43,317 nucleotides of DNA from Nemertoderma westbladi. Its lineage: Eukaryota > Animalia > Xenacoelomorpha. Below the pieces are notes generated by a model. That model saw only the letters and a list, made by a program, of their open reading frames with translations, was not told where the DNA came from and made no database searches. This document shows positions 1 to 33,983 of the stretch, in pieces. The stretch lies in the NCBI GenBank assembly GCA_032718475.1, contig JAUCBJ010005372.1:1-43317 (forward strand). The letters run 5' to 3'. Both the position numbers and the translations under genes were made by a program. Within the stretch, counting starts at the first letter, position 1, and each line of letters opens with the position of its first letter.

Positions 1-69
1 ACACCAACATATTCAATATTTTGTACAGCCCTACAAAATTTGAGCCACGATAGAAATAGTCTGACCCAC

Positions 70-595
70 CTGGATGATCAAAATCTAACTCAGGATTAAA
101 CTTCGTTATTAGATGTCGACATTTATCTAAATCAGATGAGTTTCTAGGAATCCAAACCATTTCCTCGTCGCTTACCTCATTGGACACCCGCCTAACTATC
201 GTAACATTGGAGCAATGCGTCCCAATGACGTCATCAATCGTGCGACTGATCTCCTCCGGAGCGATAAACACGACGAGATAATCCAATTCGGACTTGATCG
301 AGAGAGATCGCCGGGATTCGATTCCGAGGAGTTGGAAGTTATTCTGATCCGCGGTTTGAAGGATTTCCCAAAGGGCCACACCGAATTTCGGTCTAACGAT
401 TAAAGTCACTGAAGCGAGGTCATCGAAATTGTCAGAAAAACTTTCGGTTTCAACACTTTTATCTACGTAGGCTCCTTGTGCATCAGATATCAGACTGCGG
501 AGTCGCATCTTGCGAAAGGTCGGTTTATTTACGGGACCGTTCGGTTGGTCATTGCTCAAGCCATTAACCATCGTTGGTGATTTGTCGTCCTCCAT
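70..595 (-). CDS. TH: Tyrosine hydroxylase (tyrosine 3-monooxygenase), first coding exon; gene continues beyond the left edge of the window
   Basis: Manual translation from ATG at 595: MEDDKSPT...RKMRLRSLISDA...IESRRS...WIPRNSSDLDKCRHLITKFNPELDFDHP, then donor CCAG|GTGGGT at 70/69. WxPR...DKCxHLITKFxPELDxDHPG is the TH version of the aromatic amino-acid hydroxylase linker (PAH and TPH have 'YGxELDADHPG'). RLRSLISDA resembles the TH Ser40 region RRQSLIEDA. The frame runs off the window with no stop, which probably explains its absence from the ORF track. Confidence 0.88.
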
Positions 596-2120
596 TAGTC
601 TTAACTTTTATTGGAAATCTACAACAAAGTCATTGCTAAATTCACAAACTAACAATTCGTCAATTTATTCGGGCCAAGATTTCAGTGCGTTAAGTTTCAG
701 TTTTGTTAAAAAAAATTAGCATACAAGAAATCAGAAATTCTACCCAGGGGAGATCTATCTTATTGATTCTGAGTAAATTGACATAAAACAACCAAAACAA
801 AAGATAGGCCTACTATACTACTCATGTAAGAGTTTTTTGGATAAATTATCTTATATAATATAATTTTTATACACGGCTGGGATGACAATTATGTAAAAAT
901 AATATGATAATATTATTATCAACTAGTTTTAACTGCACAGGCAAAAATTTGACTGTAAACATAATGCTATTCCTATTGTTCTTCGGTTATTGCTTTGCCA
1001 TATATTTTATAATATATTATTTATATTACATATCGGCACAACGTTTACACCCTTAAAAAAACGTATAAACCTGTAGTTAAACAACTTAAGAGACAGACAG
1101 TAAGAAATTAACATCCGACCCATGGAATATAAAATAAGCTTATTATTCTACCTAACCTTTTATAGTGAATCCGTTGCCATAGATGGGACACGTTGAACTA
1201 ATTGACTTACAGTTCAGTTTTACCTGCCTCATAAGTATAGCTCTTATGTATATTAATTAGACGTAAGGAACTAGGACTACGCACATAGAAACGCTTTAAG
1301 TGCGTGCTATCAGCTACATTATATGTTACAACAGCCTCCTACGCATGTACAGCTACTTAATGTACCACTCAAAGGAGTTATTTAATAATAACGTTCACGT
1401 TGTGAAGTCGGGTACAGCTTCATGAATTAATTATGCACAAGCATTAAGTGGAATACGTCTCGTTGAACATGAACACCCACGCTTGGATACATGGATAGTA
1501 ATCTACTGTACGTAATCCCGTCGTGACTATAACTGCTCATACTGAACACGTTCAACCTCAACCACATAACCAGCACCATCAAGCACATAAAACAAGGTTG
1601 CAACTAACACTTCAATGAAACGCTTTCATGTATTAAATTATCCTAAATTTTCTTATACTAGGCTATATCCCCAATTAATTGTTGGTACCTCAGTTGTTTA
1701 TACAGCTAACGACCTAAATAAAAGAAGAATGATGCAGGTACAACAAGATAATGAAAAAACGCAATCGGTGATTGAGACTTATTCATCCAATAAATTGCAT
1801 TATTTTTGTAATTTGTAACATATCGTAAATATAACAATCCCTGTTAAAGAAGGATCCAGGGCGCGCAAATCTCGCGGCTTGTTGTATTAAAACTACGTTT
1901 AAGGTTAAAACTGACTTTGTGTGCACATCGTCCTTACAAGGTGTTTCCAGATAAAGCTATATCTTCGATATTAAAGATCTCGGATAGAGCGTTCAGGTTT
2001 TTCAAAGCAGGCCTACGTTTTTCTTTCCAAGAAAAGTTTTACTTTCATGTTCCCATTGTCAAATCACCCAAACACATTCCGCATTCAATCACAATAAACA
2101 ATAACCAAAAATAATGATAA

Positions 2121-5100
2121 CAAGGAACAAACTCTCGGAGTAAGATCGTCCAATGCGAGAGTTGTGACACATTTGTACATTTAAAATGTTACCGTAGGAA
2201 AAGCAGTAATTTATTCTCCACCAGAAACAATCTTGAACCAAGTTTTCTCTGCAATAGCTGTATTTTTACCGAACTTCCCTTTCATGATACAATTTTAGAA
2301 TCAGAAACAGACGATTCATTCCTCACATCGCCTCTGCAAACTCCAAGTGATGCTGAGAGTGAAACTTTTAAATTTTTTAAGAAAAAAGGTCAGCATTTTT
2401 TGCATTTAAACGCACGATCTCTGCTTCCCAAACTTTCTGAAATTCGTATTTTAATCAATAAATCCAACCCAGCAGTTTTAACAATCTCTGAAACTTGGCT
2501 CGATGATAGTGTTTCTGATGGAGAAATTTATATTGATAATTACGTAGTTTTACGTAAGGATAGGGACAGACACGGTGGTGGTGTCTGTACTTACATTCGA
2601 TGTGATTTAGCTTTTAATCGTAGGGAAGATTTAGAGTCTTGTGACGAAGTTTTACTGGTGGAACTTTTACTTCCTAAAACTAAACCTATTTTAATCGGTA
2701 CTTTATATCGGCCCCCTAAACAATCAGATTTTTTGCAAAATTTTGAAAATACAATTTTATGTAATCTTAGGTCAGACTGTGAAATATATTTCTTAGGTGA
2801 TTTTAATATCTGTTACCATCACAAAGCATCCCCCATCTGTAAACAGTACCAAAGTATTTTAAATTTGTTTGGTTTAAAACAAATTATTCGAGATTCTACC
2901 AGAATTACCAGTAAAACTTCTACTTTACTAGATCACATCCTTTGTAATAATACCGATAATATTTCTCAATCTGGGGTTTTACCGATAGGTCTAAGCGATC
3001 ATTTTACAGTTTTCTGCACAAAAAAGACACAAAAATCTTTTTTCGGGGATCATAAAACAGTAACAGTTAGGTCTATGAAAAATTACAGCAAGGAACGCTT
3101 TTTAAGTTTGTTAGTTAATTCTGACTGGGAACCCTGTTTTAAGGCCGCTGACATTAACCTTGCGTACACTGTTTTTAAAGATATATTTCTAAAGGCACTT
3201 AATACTGTACACCAATTAAAGAAATTAGTCTTAAACAACGCACTGAGCCCTGGCTGACCTCGGGTATTCTTAGTAATATCAGAGAAAGAGATAACTATTT
3301 GTATAAATTTAGGAAATACCGTGTTTTAGCTGATTATAATAATTACTGCAAATATAGAAACCTTGTCCAACGGGAAATAAACAAAGCTGCATCTGAATAT
3401 TTGTACAACAAAATAAGTGAGAATAAAGATAATCCTAAAAGTCTATGGTCTACCCTAAAATCTTTAGGTTATAAAAACCTTAAATCTAAATCGAATATTG
3501 TTCTGCAAGATAAAGGTGAGCTGATTCATGATCATACTCTAGTTAGTAATTTATTTAATAATTATTTTACTAATGTTGCCTCTAATTTAGTTAAGAAGTT
3601 ACCGTTATCAAGTAACAAATATAGTATAGGGTCCGAAACTCTAAATAATTTTTATTTAGAAAAGTTACAAAATTCAGAAAAGTTATTTTTAAAACCCGTT
3701 TCTGAGGATTTCGTTTTTCAAAATCTACTTAGCCTATCAGCCTCAAAAAGTACCGGTCTAGACCTAATACCTGCCCGTTTTCTTAAGGATGGTGCTGAAG
3801 TACTTAAAGTGCCCATTACTTTTATTATTAATTACTCTATCGTAGATAATGTAGTACCAGACGAACTGAAATTAGCTAAGGTTGTTCCTCTGTATAAAAA
3901 GAATAGTAAAGTAGAACCCTGTAATTACAGACCTGTTAGTATCTTAAGTATTGTATCTAAAATTCTAGAACGTTCTGTTTTTCTACAGTTGGAGGCACAT
4001 CTTAGTAGGCTAAATCTGATCTATGAACTACAGTCCGGTTTTCGTAAATCATATTCTACAGACACCTGCCTTATTAACTTAACTGATACAATTAGATGTA
4101 ATAACGCAAAGGGTTTATTATATACTGGTATGGTAATGTTGGACCTACAAAAGGCTTTCGATACTGTAGATCATGAAATTCTGCTTGGTAAGTTAGGCCT
4201 GATGGGTGTAGGTTCTATAGACTGGTTCAAGTCCTACCTGTCAGACAGAGGTCAAACTGTAGTCATTAGCAAATCACAGTCTACTGTACAAGAGATTACC
4301 TGTGGTGTACCGCAAGGTTGTATATTAGGTCCTCTGCTTTTTGTATGCTATGTAAATGATATGATGAGTAGTATAGATCCCGATTTTAAACTCATTTTAT
4401 ATGCCGACGACAGTGCTCTTATTTTCTCTCATAAAGATCCTATCCATATTTCCCAAAAGTTAAGTGCAGTTCTAGAATCCTGTAATGAGTGGTTGGTTGA
4501 TAATAATAAGCTATCCATTCACTACGGTAAGACTGAAAGTATTTTGTTTGGTTCCAAAAGAAAGTTAAAGAAGGTAACTAAGTTTGAAGTCACTAGTAAT
4601 GGACATAAGATTGAAAATAAAAATGAAGTTAAATATTTAGGCACCACATTGGATAACTGCTTATCAGGAGAAAGCATAGTGAAAAATATTTTCTCGAAAG
4701 TCAACAGTAGGCTTAGGTTTCTATACAGAAATAAAAATAGTTTAAACACCGACTCCACGACTCCCGCAAGTTACTTTGCTCTTCTTTAATACAGTGTCAC
4801 ATGGACTATGCGTGCTCTTCTTGGTATGAAGGCTTAACCAAACAGCTTAAATGTAAATTACAAGTAGCTCAGAATAAAGTAGTACGATTTATTAAAGACT
4901 ACAAACCTAGGCACCACCTAACTCCAGATGACTTTTCTGAATCTGGACTACTTAACTTAGATAGTAGAGAAGCAGCTACGCCTTAATTAACCATGTGCAT
5001 AAAGTGTATAATGGTAAATGTCCCAATTACCTAAAACAAAAATTCAACAGAGTACGCGATACACACTCTTACAGTACCAGAGCTAGTGCTTCAAACTTCT

Positions 5101-5513
5101 ACCTCCCGAATTGTAAATCCTTCGAATCTGATACTTTCTTTTTTAACGGCATTACAAATTGGAACGCTCTGCCTAATGAAATTAAAAACCTAAATAATCA
5201 ACATTCTTTTAAATCTGCAGTTAAATCTCACCTCCGTGTGCAATGTAAAAATAGGTACAATAGTCCTACAGTAAGTTATTAGTTTATTAATTATTTACTA
5301 TTTATACTGTAATTACGTTTTATATTGGTTTTAGGTTAGCGTAGTGTAATATTGTATTTGTAACCAAGTAACATAAAGGACCCTTTGGAAATAAGCTGCA
5401 AAGCTTTAGGGGTAATCCTATATGTTATGTTGGACAATACCTTTATACCGGTACATTGTTTGGTGTATTTGTTATTGTTCATACATAATGTATAAATAAA
5501 TCTATCTATCTAT
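2121..5513 (+). mobile_element. 5'-truncated, frameshifted non-LTR retrotransposon (CR1/L2-group LINE): partial PHD-like finger, APE endonuclease and reverse transcriptase
   Basis: Frame open from 2121: QCESCDTFVHLKC...FLCNSC..ELPF, then endonuclease motifs (HLNARSL, ISETWL, GGGV, YRPP, GDFN, LDHI, SDH). RT motifs in 3299..4789 ([35 protein letters not shown]). C-terminal pieces at 4801..4986 and 4995..5282. The 3' end has AATAAA (5495..5500) and a (TCTA)n tail. Frameshifts near 3210, 4757 and 4970-4990. Confidence 0.93.
5377..5419 (+). other. Putative 3'-UTR stem-loop of the LINE
   Basis: AGGACCC...AAGC-TGCAAA-GCTT...GGGTAATCCT can pair as nested stems about 80 nt upstream of the tail. CR1/L2-type elements are known to use 3' stem-loops for RT recognition. 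Confidence 0.5.
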
Positions 5514-6347
5514 GATATAACATAATGTTCCAGCATAACAGACAATATATTGACAACATATTGACCCTTCAACAATAAAACTTACACATTTAATTAAATC
5601 CAATATTCGTTACTAAGGTAAACCAGATCAGTAACTTCAAACCAAATTTTACTTTTTTGTGGCAATTGTAGAAGGTATGATTGACATAATAAGTGTGACT
5701 AGTTTTGAAATCCGAGCAGGCCGTGGTTGTGAGTTTTGCACCATAACGAGCAATCGCCCTTGAGCAGATTCGGACCATAGAAACAGTTGGAGAGCGGCGA
5801 GACGACTTCTGAAACGGGCTTGATGCCAACCTAGAGCTTACTTCCTTCGTGAGCAAAGTTAGTGCGCCAAAGAGTATTTTAAGAGAAAAACATGGTAATA
5901 AAGGCATGAAATCAAATGCATTTTTTTTCATTTATTACTTTATAACGTAAGAGTTCATCTATTATATCATTAACTGTATAATAATATGATAAAGAAGGAT
6001 TATAAAATAAGACGAACGGCACATTAAATAATAGTACCTAATTGTCTTTACTACTTGAATAACTGACAGCACAACAACCTTGCCTACATACAACACAAAC
6101 TCACAAACGGTGTCCTCAATCAGACACAACATATACAACTAGGTATATAATACAATATATTATTAAGAAATATACAGAATTCAATAAATAAAACAAGTTT
6201 ACTGCAAACAAGTACTATAATGTGATACAAACAATAACTGTGGGATAATAATATTGTGATTGATTGCTCTTTATGGAACAACAAAACCTTTAGCAATATA
6301 GGGATCTAAACAGTAGTTATAGGAATACCCGATACCAAAGCACATAC

Positions 6348-8269
6348 GGTAGACCCAGAATAGTTGGAGGGTAGATCCAGAATGGTTGGAGGTAGATCCA
6401 GAATGGTTGGAGGGTAGATCCAGAATAGTTGGAGGTAGATCCAGAATGGTTGGAGGTAGATCCAGAATGGTTGGAGGGTAGATCCAGAATAGTTGGAGGT
6501 AGATCCAGAATAGTTGGAGGTAGATCCAGAATGGTTGGAGGTAGATCCAGAATGGTTGGAGGGTAGATCCAGAATAGTTGGAGGTAGATCCAGAATAGTT
6601 GGAGGTAGATCCAGAATAGTGGGAGGTAGATCCAGAATAGTTGGAGGTAGATCCAAAATAGCTGGAGGTAGATCCAGAATAGTTGGCGGTAGATCCAAAA
6701 TAGTTGGGGGGTAGATCCAGAATAGTTGGAGGTAGATCCAGAATAGTTGGAGGTAGATCCAGAATAGTTGGAGGTTGATCCAGAATAGTTGGGGGGTAGA
6801 TCCAGAATAGTTGGAGGTAGATCCAGAATAGTTTGAGGTAGATCCAGAATAGTTGGAGGTAGATCCAGAATAGTTGGAGGTAGATCCAGAATAGTTGGAG
6901 GTAGATCCAGAATAGTTGGAGGTAGATCCAGAATAGTTGGAGGTAGATCCAAAATAGTTGGGGGGTAGATCCAGAATAGTTGGAGGTAGATCCAGAATAG
7001 TTGGCGGTAGATCCAGAATAGTTGGAGGTAGATCCAGAATAGTTGGGGGGTAGATCCAGAATAGTTGGGGGGTAGATCCAGAATGGTTGGCGGTAGATCC
7101 AGAATAGTTGGGGGTAGATCCAGAATAGTTGGAGGTAGATCCAGAATAGTTGGGGGGTAGATCCAGAATAGTTGGAGGTAGATCCAGAATAGTTTGGAGG
7201 TAGATCCAGAATAGTTGGGGGGTAGATCCAGAATAGTTTGGGGGTAGATCCAGAATGGTTGGCGGTAGATCCAGAATAGTTGGGGGTAGATCCAGAATAG
7301 TTGGAGGTAGATCCAGAATAGTTGGGGGGTAGATCCAGAATAGTTGGAGGTAGATCCAGAATAGTTGGGAGGTAGATCCACAATAGTTGGGGGTAGATCC
7401 AGAATAGTTGGCGGTAGATCCACAATAGTTGGAGGTAGATCCAGAATAGTTGGGGGGTAGATCCAGAATAGTTGGAGGTAGATCCAGAATGGTTGGCGGT
7501 AGATCCAGAATAGTTGGAGGTAGATCCAGAATAGTTGGAGGTAGATCCAGAATAGTTGGAGGTAGATCCAGAATAGTTGGAGGTAGATCCAGAATAGTTG
7601 GGGGTAGATCCACAATAGTTGGAGGTAGATCCAGAATAGTTGGAGGTATATCCACAATAGTTGGAGGTAGATCCAGAATAGTTGGGGGGTAGATCCAGAA
7701 TAGTTGGAGGTAGATCCAGAATAGTTGGAGGTAGATCCAGAATAGGTGAAGGTAGATCCAGAATAGTTGGAGGTAGATCCAGAATAGTTGGAGGTAGATC
7801 CAGAATAGTTGGAGGTAGATCCAGAATAGTTGGCGGTAGATCCAGAATAGTTGGAGGTAGATCCAGAATAGTTGGCGGTAGATCCAGAATAGTTGGAGGT
7901 AGATCCAGAATAGTTGGCGGTAGATCCAGAATAGTTGGCGGTAGATCCAGAATAGTTGGAGGTAGATCCAGAATAGTTGGAGGTAGATCCAGAATAGTTG
8001 GAGGTAGATCCAGAATAGTTGGAGGTAGATCCAGAATAGCTGGAGGTAGATCCAGAATAGTTGGGGGGTAGATCCAGAATAGTTGGCGGTAGATCCAGAA
8101 TAGTTGGGGGTAGATCCAGAATAGTTGGAGGTAGATCCAGAATAGTTGGGGGGTAGATCCAGAATAGTTGGAGGTAGATCCAGAATAGTTGGCGGTAGAT
8201 CCAGAATAGTTGGAGGTAGATCCAGAATAGTTGGAGGTAGATCCACAATAGTTGGGGGTAGATCCAGAA
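6348..8269. repeat. Minisatellite, 21-bp unit (22-bp variants) GGTAGATCCAGAATAGTTGGA, about 90 copies
   Basis: Directly visible. It explains ORFs 6271..8316, 6306..8246, 6317..8320 and the GGRSRIV ORFs. Confidence 0.97.
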
Positions 8270-8645
8270 ATGTTGTTGTAGATCCCTAGTACAAAAGATT
8301 GTGTTCCCCCACTCACACATATACGTTAATCCTGCAGTGTTACAAAATTCATATGAATTGAATAATTTACAATGAAAATATAAACTTTGCTACCAAATTT
8401 AAGGGTTTCTTTCTTGTACTCATAAATCGGAGATACTTAAAATAAAGTATTTCTTCTTGATTACATTACATTACCCCACCCAGACATCGGTGTTTTACTA
8501 TATTGCCATTTGCAAGCCATGTTCGAGTCTATTAATAGTCCTTAATGTAAATTGACCATTAAATAAATCGATGACTTTACTATATGTAGATGATTGTGTT
8601 ATAAATAAAGAAGACAAGGCAGTGGAGGATCGAGTGCGGTTGGCG

Positions 8646-30237
<21,592 letters not shown>

Positions 30238-31601
30238 ATATTCCAACAATTTCGAATTATATATAACGAATCCTCTACATTAACTATAATGAATCCTCAT
30301 TCGCACGTGGCGTGGTACGTCCCACTACGTCAGTTAAGTGCGTCAAATAACTGATAAGGTTAATCTGGTAATAAATTTCACTTCATATGTCGCAGTCATA
30401 CCGGTATTCAATATTTATAAGCGTGATATATTTAACTCCCCAGTTCAAGCAGTTAAGAATCTAGAATGCGGACTGAAAAAGGCAGATTAATTGATATAGG
30501 CTTGAATAGTTTTTGACAATGTAACGTTTCAGCATTTAGCTGTTTTTACATATGCAGGTTATGTACTGTACAGGCAGGCGCATCGGTATAGCAGTATAGT
30601 TTTACAGTAGTGGCTGATGGCGCGTAACTTAAACAATACTTAATACTTAAACAAAATTATCACGCACCGGTAACCCATTCAATTCAGAAATTTAACATAG
30701 ACATATGACATTATTGCCATATGGCCCATACTGCCATATGGCAATAATGTTGGAAATTATGCGAACTTTCTTAAATGATGACTTAATGTTAGGCGTTAGG
30801 GTTACATGACAGTTTTAATTATGGTTGAGATGAGGTCTGGACCAACTAACCCTAACCAAAATAATGAACCAAAAAAAAACCCACAAGTACCGGTACAGAT
30901 ACAGTACAGCAGAAACCTCATTGAAACATTTGTAACTTCAAACTTTATCCATATGTGGCGTGTGTGAAAGTAATCAGAGCATAGCTGACAGGCTGACTGT
31001 CAGGCTCAGGACTGTACCTTCAATATATGAAGTTTTTGTGGTACCACATTGCATACCGGTATCTATTTATAGAACAGTAGAACCTTATGAAAATGTTTTA
31101 TTATTGTGTTTATCAGTTAAACGCAAACGATTTTTTCGCAATAATATTAATTTTTTCGCAACAATATTAATTTTATTGCAATGCAGCAATGGAATTGGAA
31201 TGGAATTGTTTAATTGACATTAAATATAAATATTAAATAAATTTTAAAAATTTAAAATAAATTTAAATATTAAATAAAATAGAGCTAACAATATGAACAT
31301 ACCGGTATACAAAAGACACGTAGGCCTATAACCATTACACATTATAACAGTATAAACAATGGACATGTGAAAATAGTATGGCTGTATGACAGTATGACGG
31401 AAATAAAATTTAAAAATATCAAATTAAACGGAGTACGATTTATACACAGATACATCTGTACATACAGTACAGTACGGTCACGATGCAGTAGGTCAGATAC
31501 CCGTAATATTAATTTTATTGCAATAATATTAATTTTATCATCATACTATTTAATTTTATCGCAATGAATGCTGGAATGGGTGACAGGGTGACGATGACGA
31601 C

Positions 31602-32916
31602 CAGTCGGGCACTTTGTCAATATTGACATGTGTCAATATTGACATATAAAGCTAATTTCTCCAGCCTGCCACTGCCAGCCAGGACAGCAGGATGGGGCAT
31701 GTCAAAATTGACATGGACATGTCAATATTGACATGGACATGTCAATATTTACATTTTTTTACCTGACGTGTTCAAATATTTCCAGACGTGTTTTTTAAAT
31801 ATAAAAATCGAAATTACAGTCTCTGAGCAGATTTGAGAGATCTTTTATGTATTTTTCAAACTGACGAAGGCCTCTGGCGCTCTGGGCAGTTTTATCAGTT
31901 CTTTTCAGTTTTTCTCATGATGCATGAAACCCTCTGAACAATTTCAACTGCACCTTTCGGCATTTATCATGCTGCACAGAGGACTCTGAACAGTTTTAGC
32001 AGCTCTTTTTCAGTACGGTAGGCCATTTTAACATGCTGCGAAAAGGCTTAAATAGTTTCAAAAGCTCATTTCAGTATTTATAATGCCGCAAGAGTGCCTC
32101 TAACTAAAGCGTTTTGACAGCTCGTTTCAGTATTTGTGATGCTGCGCGAAGGCCTCTAAATAGATTTGGTGGGGGTGAAATGAACATAAGAACCCAGCTG
32201 CCCAGCGTTCATGTCAATATTGACATTAGATGTCAATATTGACATGCAATAAAATATATCATTAAAATTATTACAAACAACAATATACCGGTACATTGCA
32301 GTCAGGAACACTGGTCACAATATGTCCAATTTACAGCCAGAATGTCAGAATGTGTCCGCGGAAAACGCTCTCAGAGTGAAATTTCTCCATAGAAAACAAT
32401 GCTAAATTTCATTTGAAAACCGGCAGTGAAATTTTAACATTGGCATTCTAAAAATTATGCCATTAGAATCGCCATAAAATTCTGTATAAATTAATTTGAG
32501 AATTAGAATCTCATCGTTGGGATAACTATCATAATATTAAAAATAAAAATGTGCCCAGCTTCTGCTTTGAGTACTAGTGGAGTTACAGCCAAAATATGTC
32601 CGGAAATATAATCGCAGCCTGTGAAGGACAAATAGTGGCTGCACGGACACTTTCTGGCTGTGAATATGTGGACAATTTTTGGCTGAGCTTCAGCCAGAAA
32701 GTGACCAGTGTTCCTAACTGCATTGGTTGGATTCAACAATATTTTAATTAAAATAGATATTCTCTTTACAAAAAAACATTTTTTACTTTTCAAATCACAA
32801 TATTTAAAAAATTTATGCTCAAAACATGTCAATATTGACATCATGTAAATTTTGACATGGAACATGTCAATATTGCAGTATTGACAACATGTCAATATTG
32901 ACAAAGTGCCCGACTG
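31602..32916. mobile_element. Non-autonomous DNA transposon, TIR CAGTCGGGCACTTTGTCAATATTGACATG, 5-bp TSD ACGAC
   Basis: TIRs match at both ends; ACGAC at 31597..31601 and 32917..32921. Many subterminal TGTCAATATTGACA palindromes, and degenerate ~58-bp internal repeats at about 31820..32160. Confidence 0.88.
32299..32720. mobile_element. MITE nested in the previous element, TIR CAGTYAGGAACACTGGTCAC, 5-bp TSD CATTG
   Basis: CAGTCAGGAACACTGGTCAC ... GTGACCAGTGTTCCTAACTG; CATTG at 32294..32298 and 32721..32725. Confidence 0.85.
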
Positions 32917-33406
32917 ACGACGGCCTGACACCCTGAAAGGCTGACCTGACACCTGACACTACCTAACTAGCTGACTAGGCCTACCCGCCTACCGCGACCG
33001 CCTACCGGTAGGTACTGCATACTGCAGAATGACGGCAGACTCCGGTACCGTACCCTATACCGATACTGTACAAGTCTGCACCTGCAACTGCAAGTGTAGG
33101 CCAGTACCGGCACACAGTACAGCCAGACGGCACGGCAGTAGGCTTACCAGTGCTTTGCTTACCATCTGATCTGACCTGACCATGCAGCCATGTCCAGATG
33201 TCAACACACTTCACACTTTCTGACTTTGGACTTACTGAAGTAATACAGTCAGACAGTACCGATACTGCAGTAGGCCTAGCAGCCTAGTACAATCACCAAT
33301 AACAATAACTGACCGATTTCTAATGGCTGAATGTGGAATGGGATTGCGCCATGGTTGCCCTTTAACCGTGTATTATCCAAACTACGAACTAATAATGACA
33401 ATTAAT

Positions 33407-33628
33407 GGGATTATCCTGTTTGGGGGCCTCCAAAACCAGGCAGGTTAGTAAAGGAGCAGGTTACAGAGGCGAGTTGAAAGGAACCAAAACAATAAACGTG
33501 AGGAATGTTGTAGAAAAGAAAACCAAATTTAAAACCAAATTTAATTGAGAATCAACAGTCAGATGTCAGGATGTATAGACCTACCGGAACTCTGAATAGA
33601 CTGGAGGCACCCAAACAGGATAGAGCCC
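33407..33628. mobile_element. Small MITE (~220 bp) with ~27-bp imperfect TIRs and a 7-8-bp TSD ((C)AATTAAT)
   Basis: GGGATTATCCTGTTTGGGGGCCTCCA ... TGGAGGCACCCAAACAGGATAGAGCCC, flanked by AATTAAT on both sides. It carries an inverted monomer of the 68-bp satellite. Confidence 0.7.
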
Positions 33629-33983
33629 AATTAATGATAGCACAATTCTTCTTTTAGGTTTTATTTATTTTTTATTAATCTATAATACTGAACTATTAAC
33701 ACTAGCCTAATATTTTTTATAGTCTGATAATACAGTAGTAGTAGAAAATTCGAGGACCCTCATCTGCTCATGGAAACGAGGTTTAACCTCATGAGAATAT
33801 CCTCAAAGCATACACGTTGTGTTGTATGTAACTATTTTTAGCAGTCTTTGTCAGTTCGTATCAATGTATGTTTTATTGATTTTATAATAACTCAAATTTT
33901 TAACTCCTTTAATTAACTCCGTTGATTTGTATATGACTATCAGACTATACCGGTACCGTTTAATTATTGTGTATTAGCTTTAA

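Noticed and set aside
196-719. ORFs 196..381, 215..403 and 510..719
   Set aside because: They are alternative-frame or antisense shadows of the tyrosine hydroxylase exon.
6271-8320. Three 646-681-aa ORFs as real proteins (the YSGSTSN heptad loosely recalls the Pol II CTD or ice-nucleation repeats)
   Set aside because: All three frames give the same mosaic of three peptides, switching wherever a 22-bp unit occurs, so frame is not under selection. They are by-products of a stop-free DNA repeat.
30708-30750. 18-bp inverted repeat with a 7-nt spacer upstream of SRPK exon 1
   Set aside because: It is real but short, sits among repeat fragments, and cannot be assigned a function.
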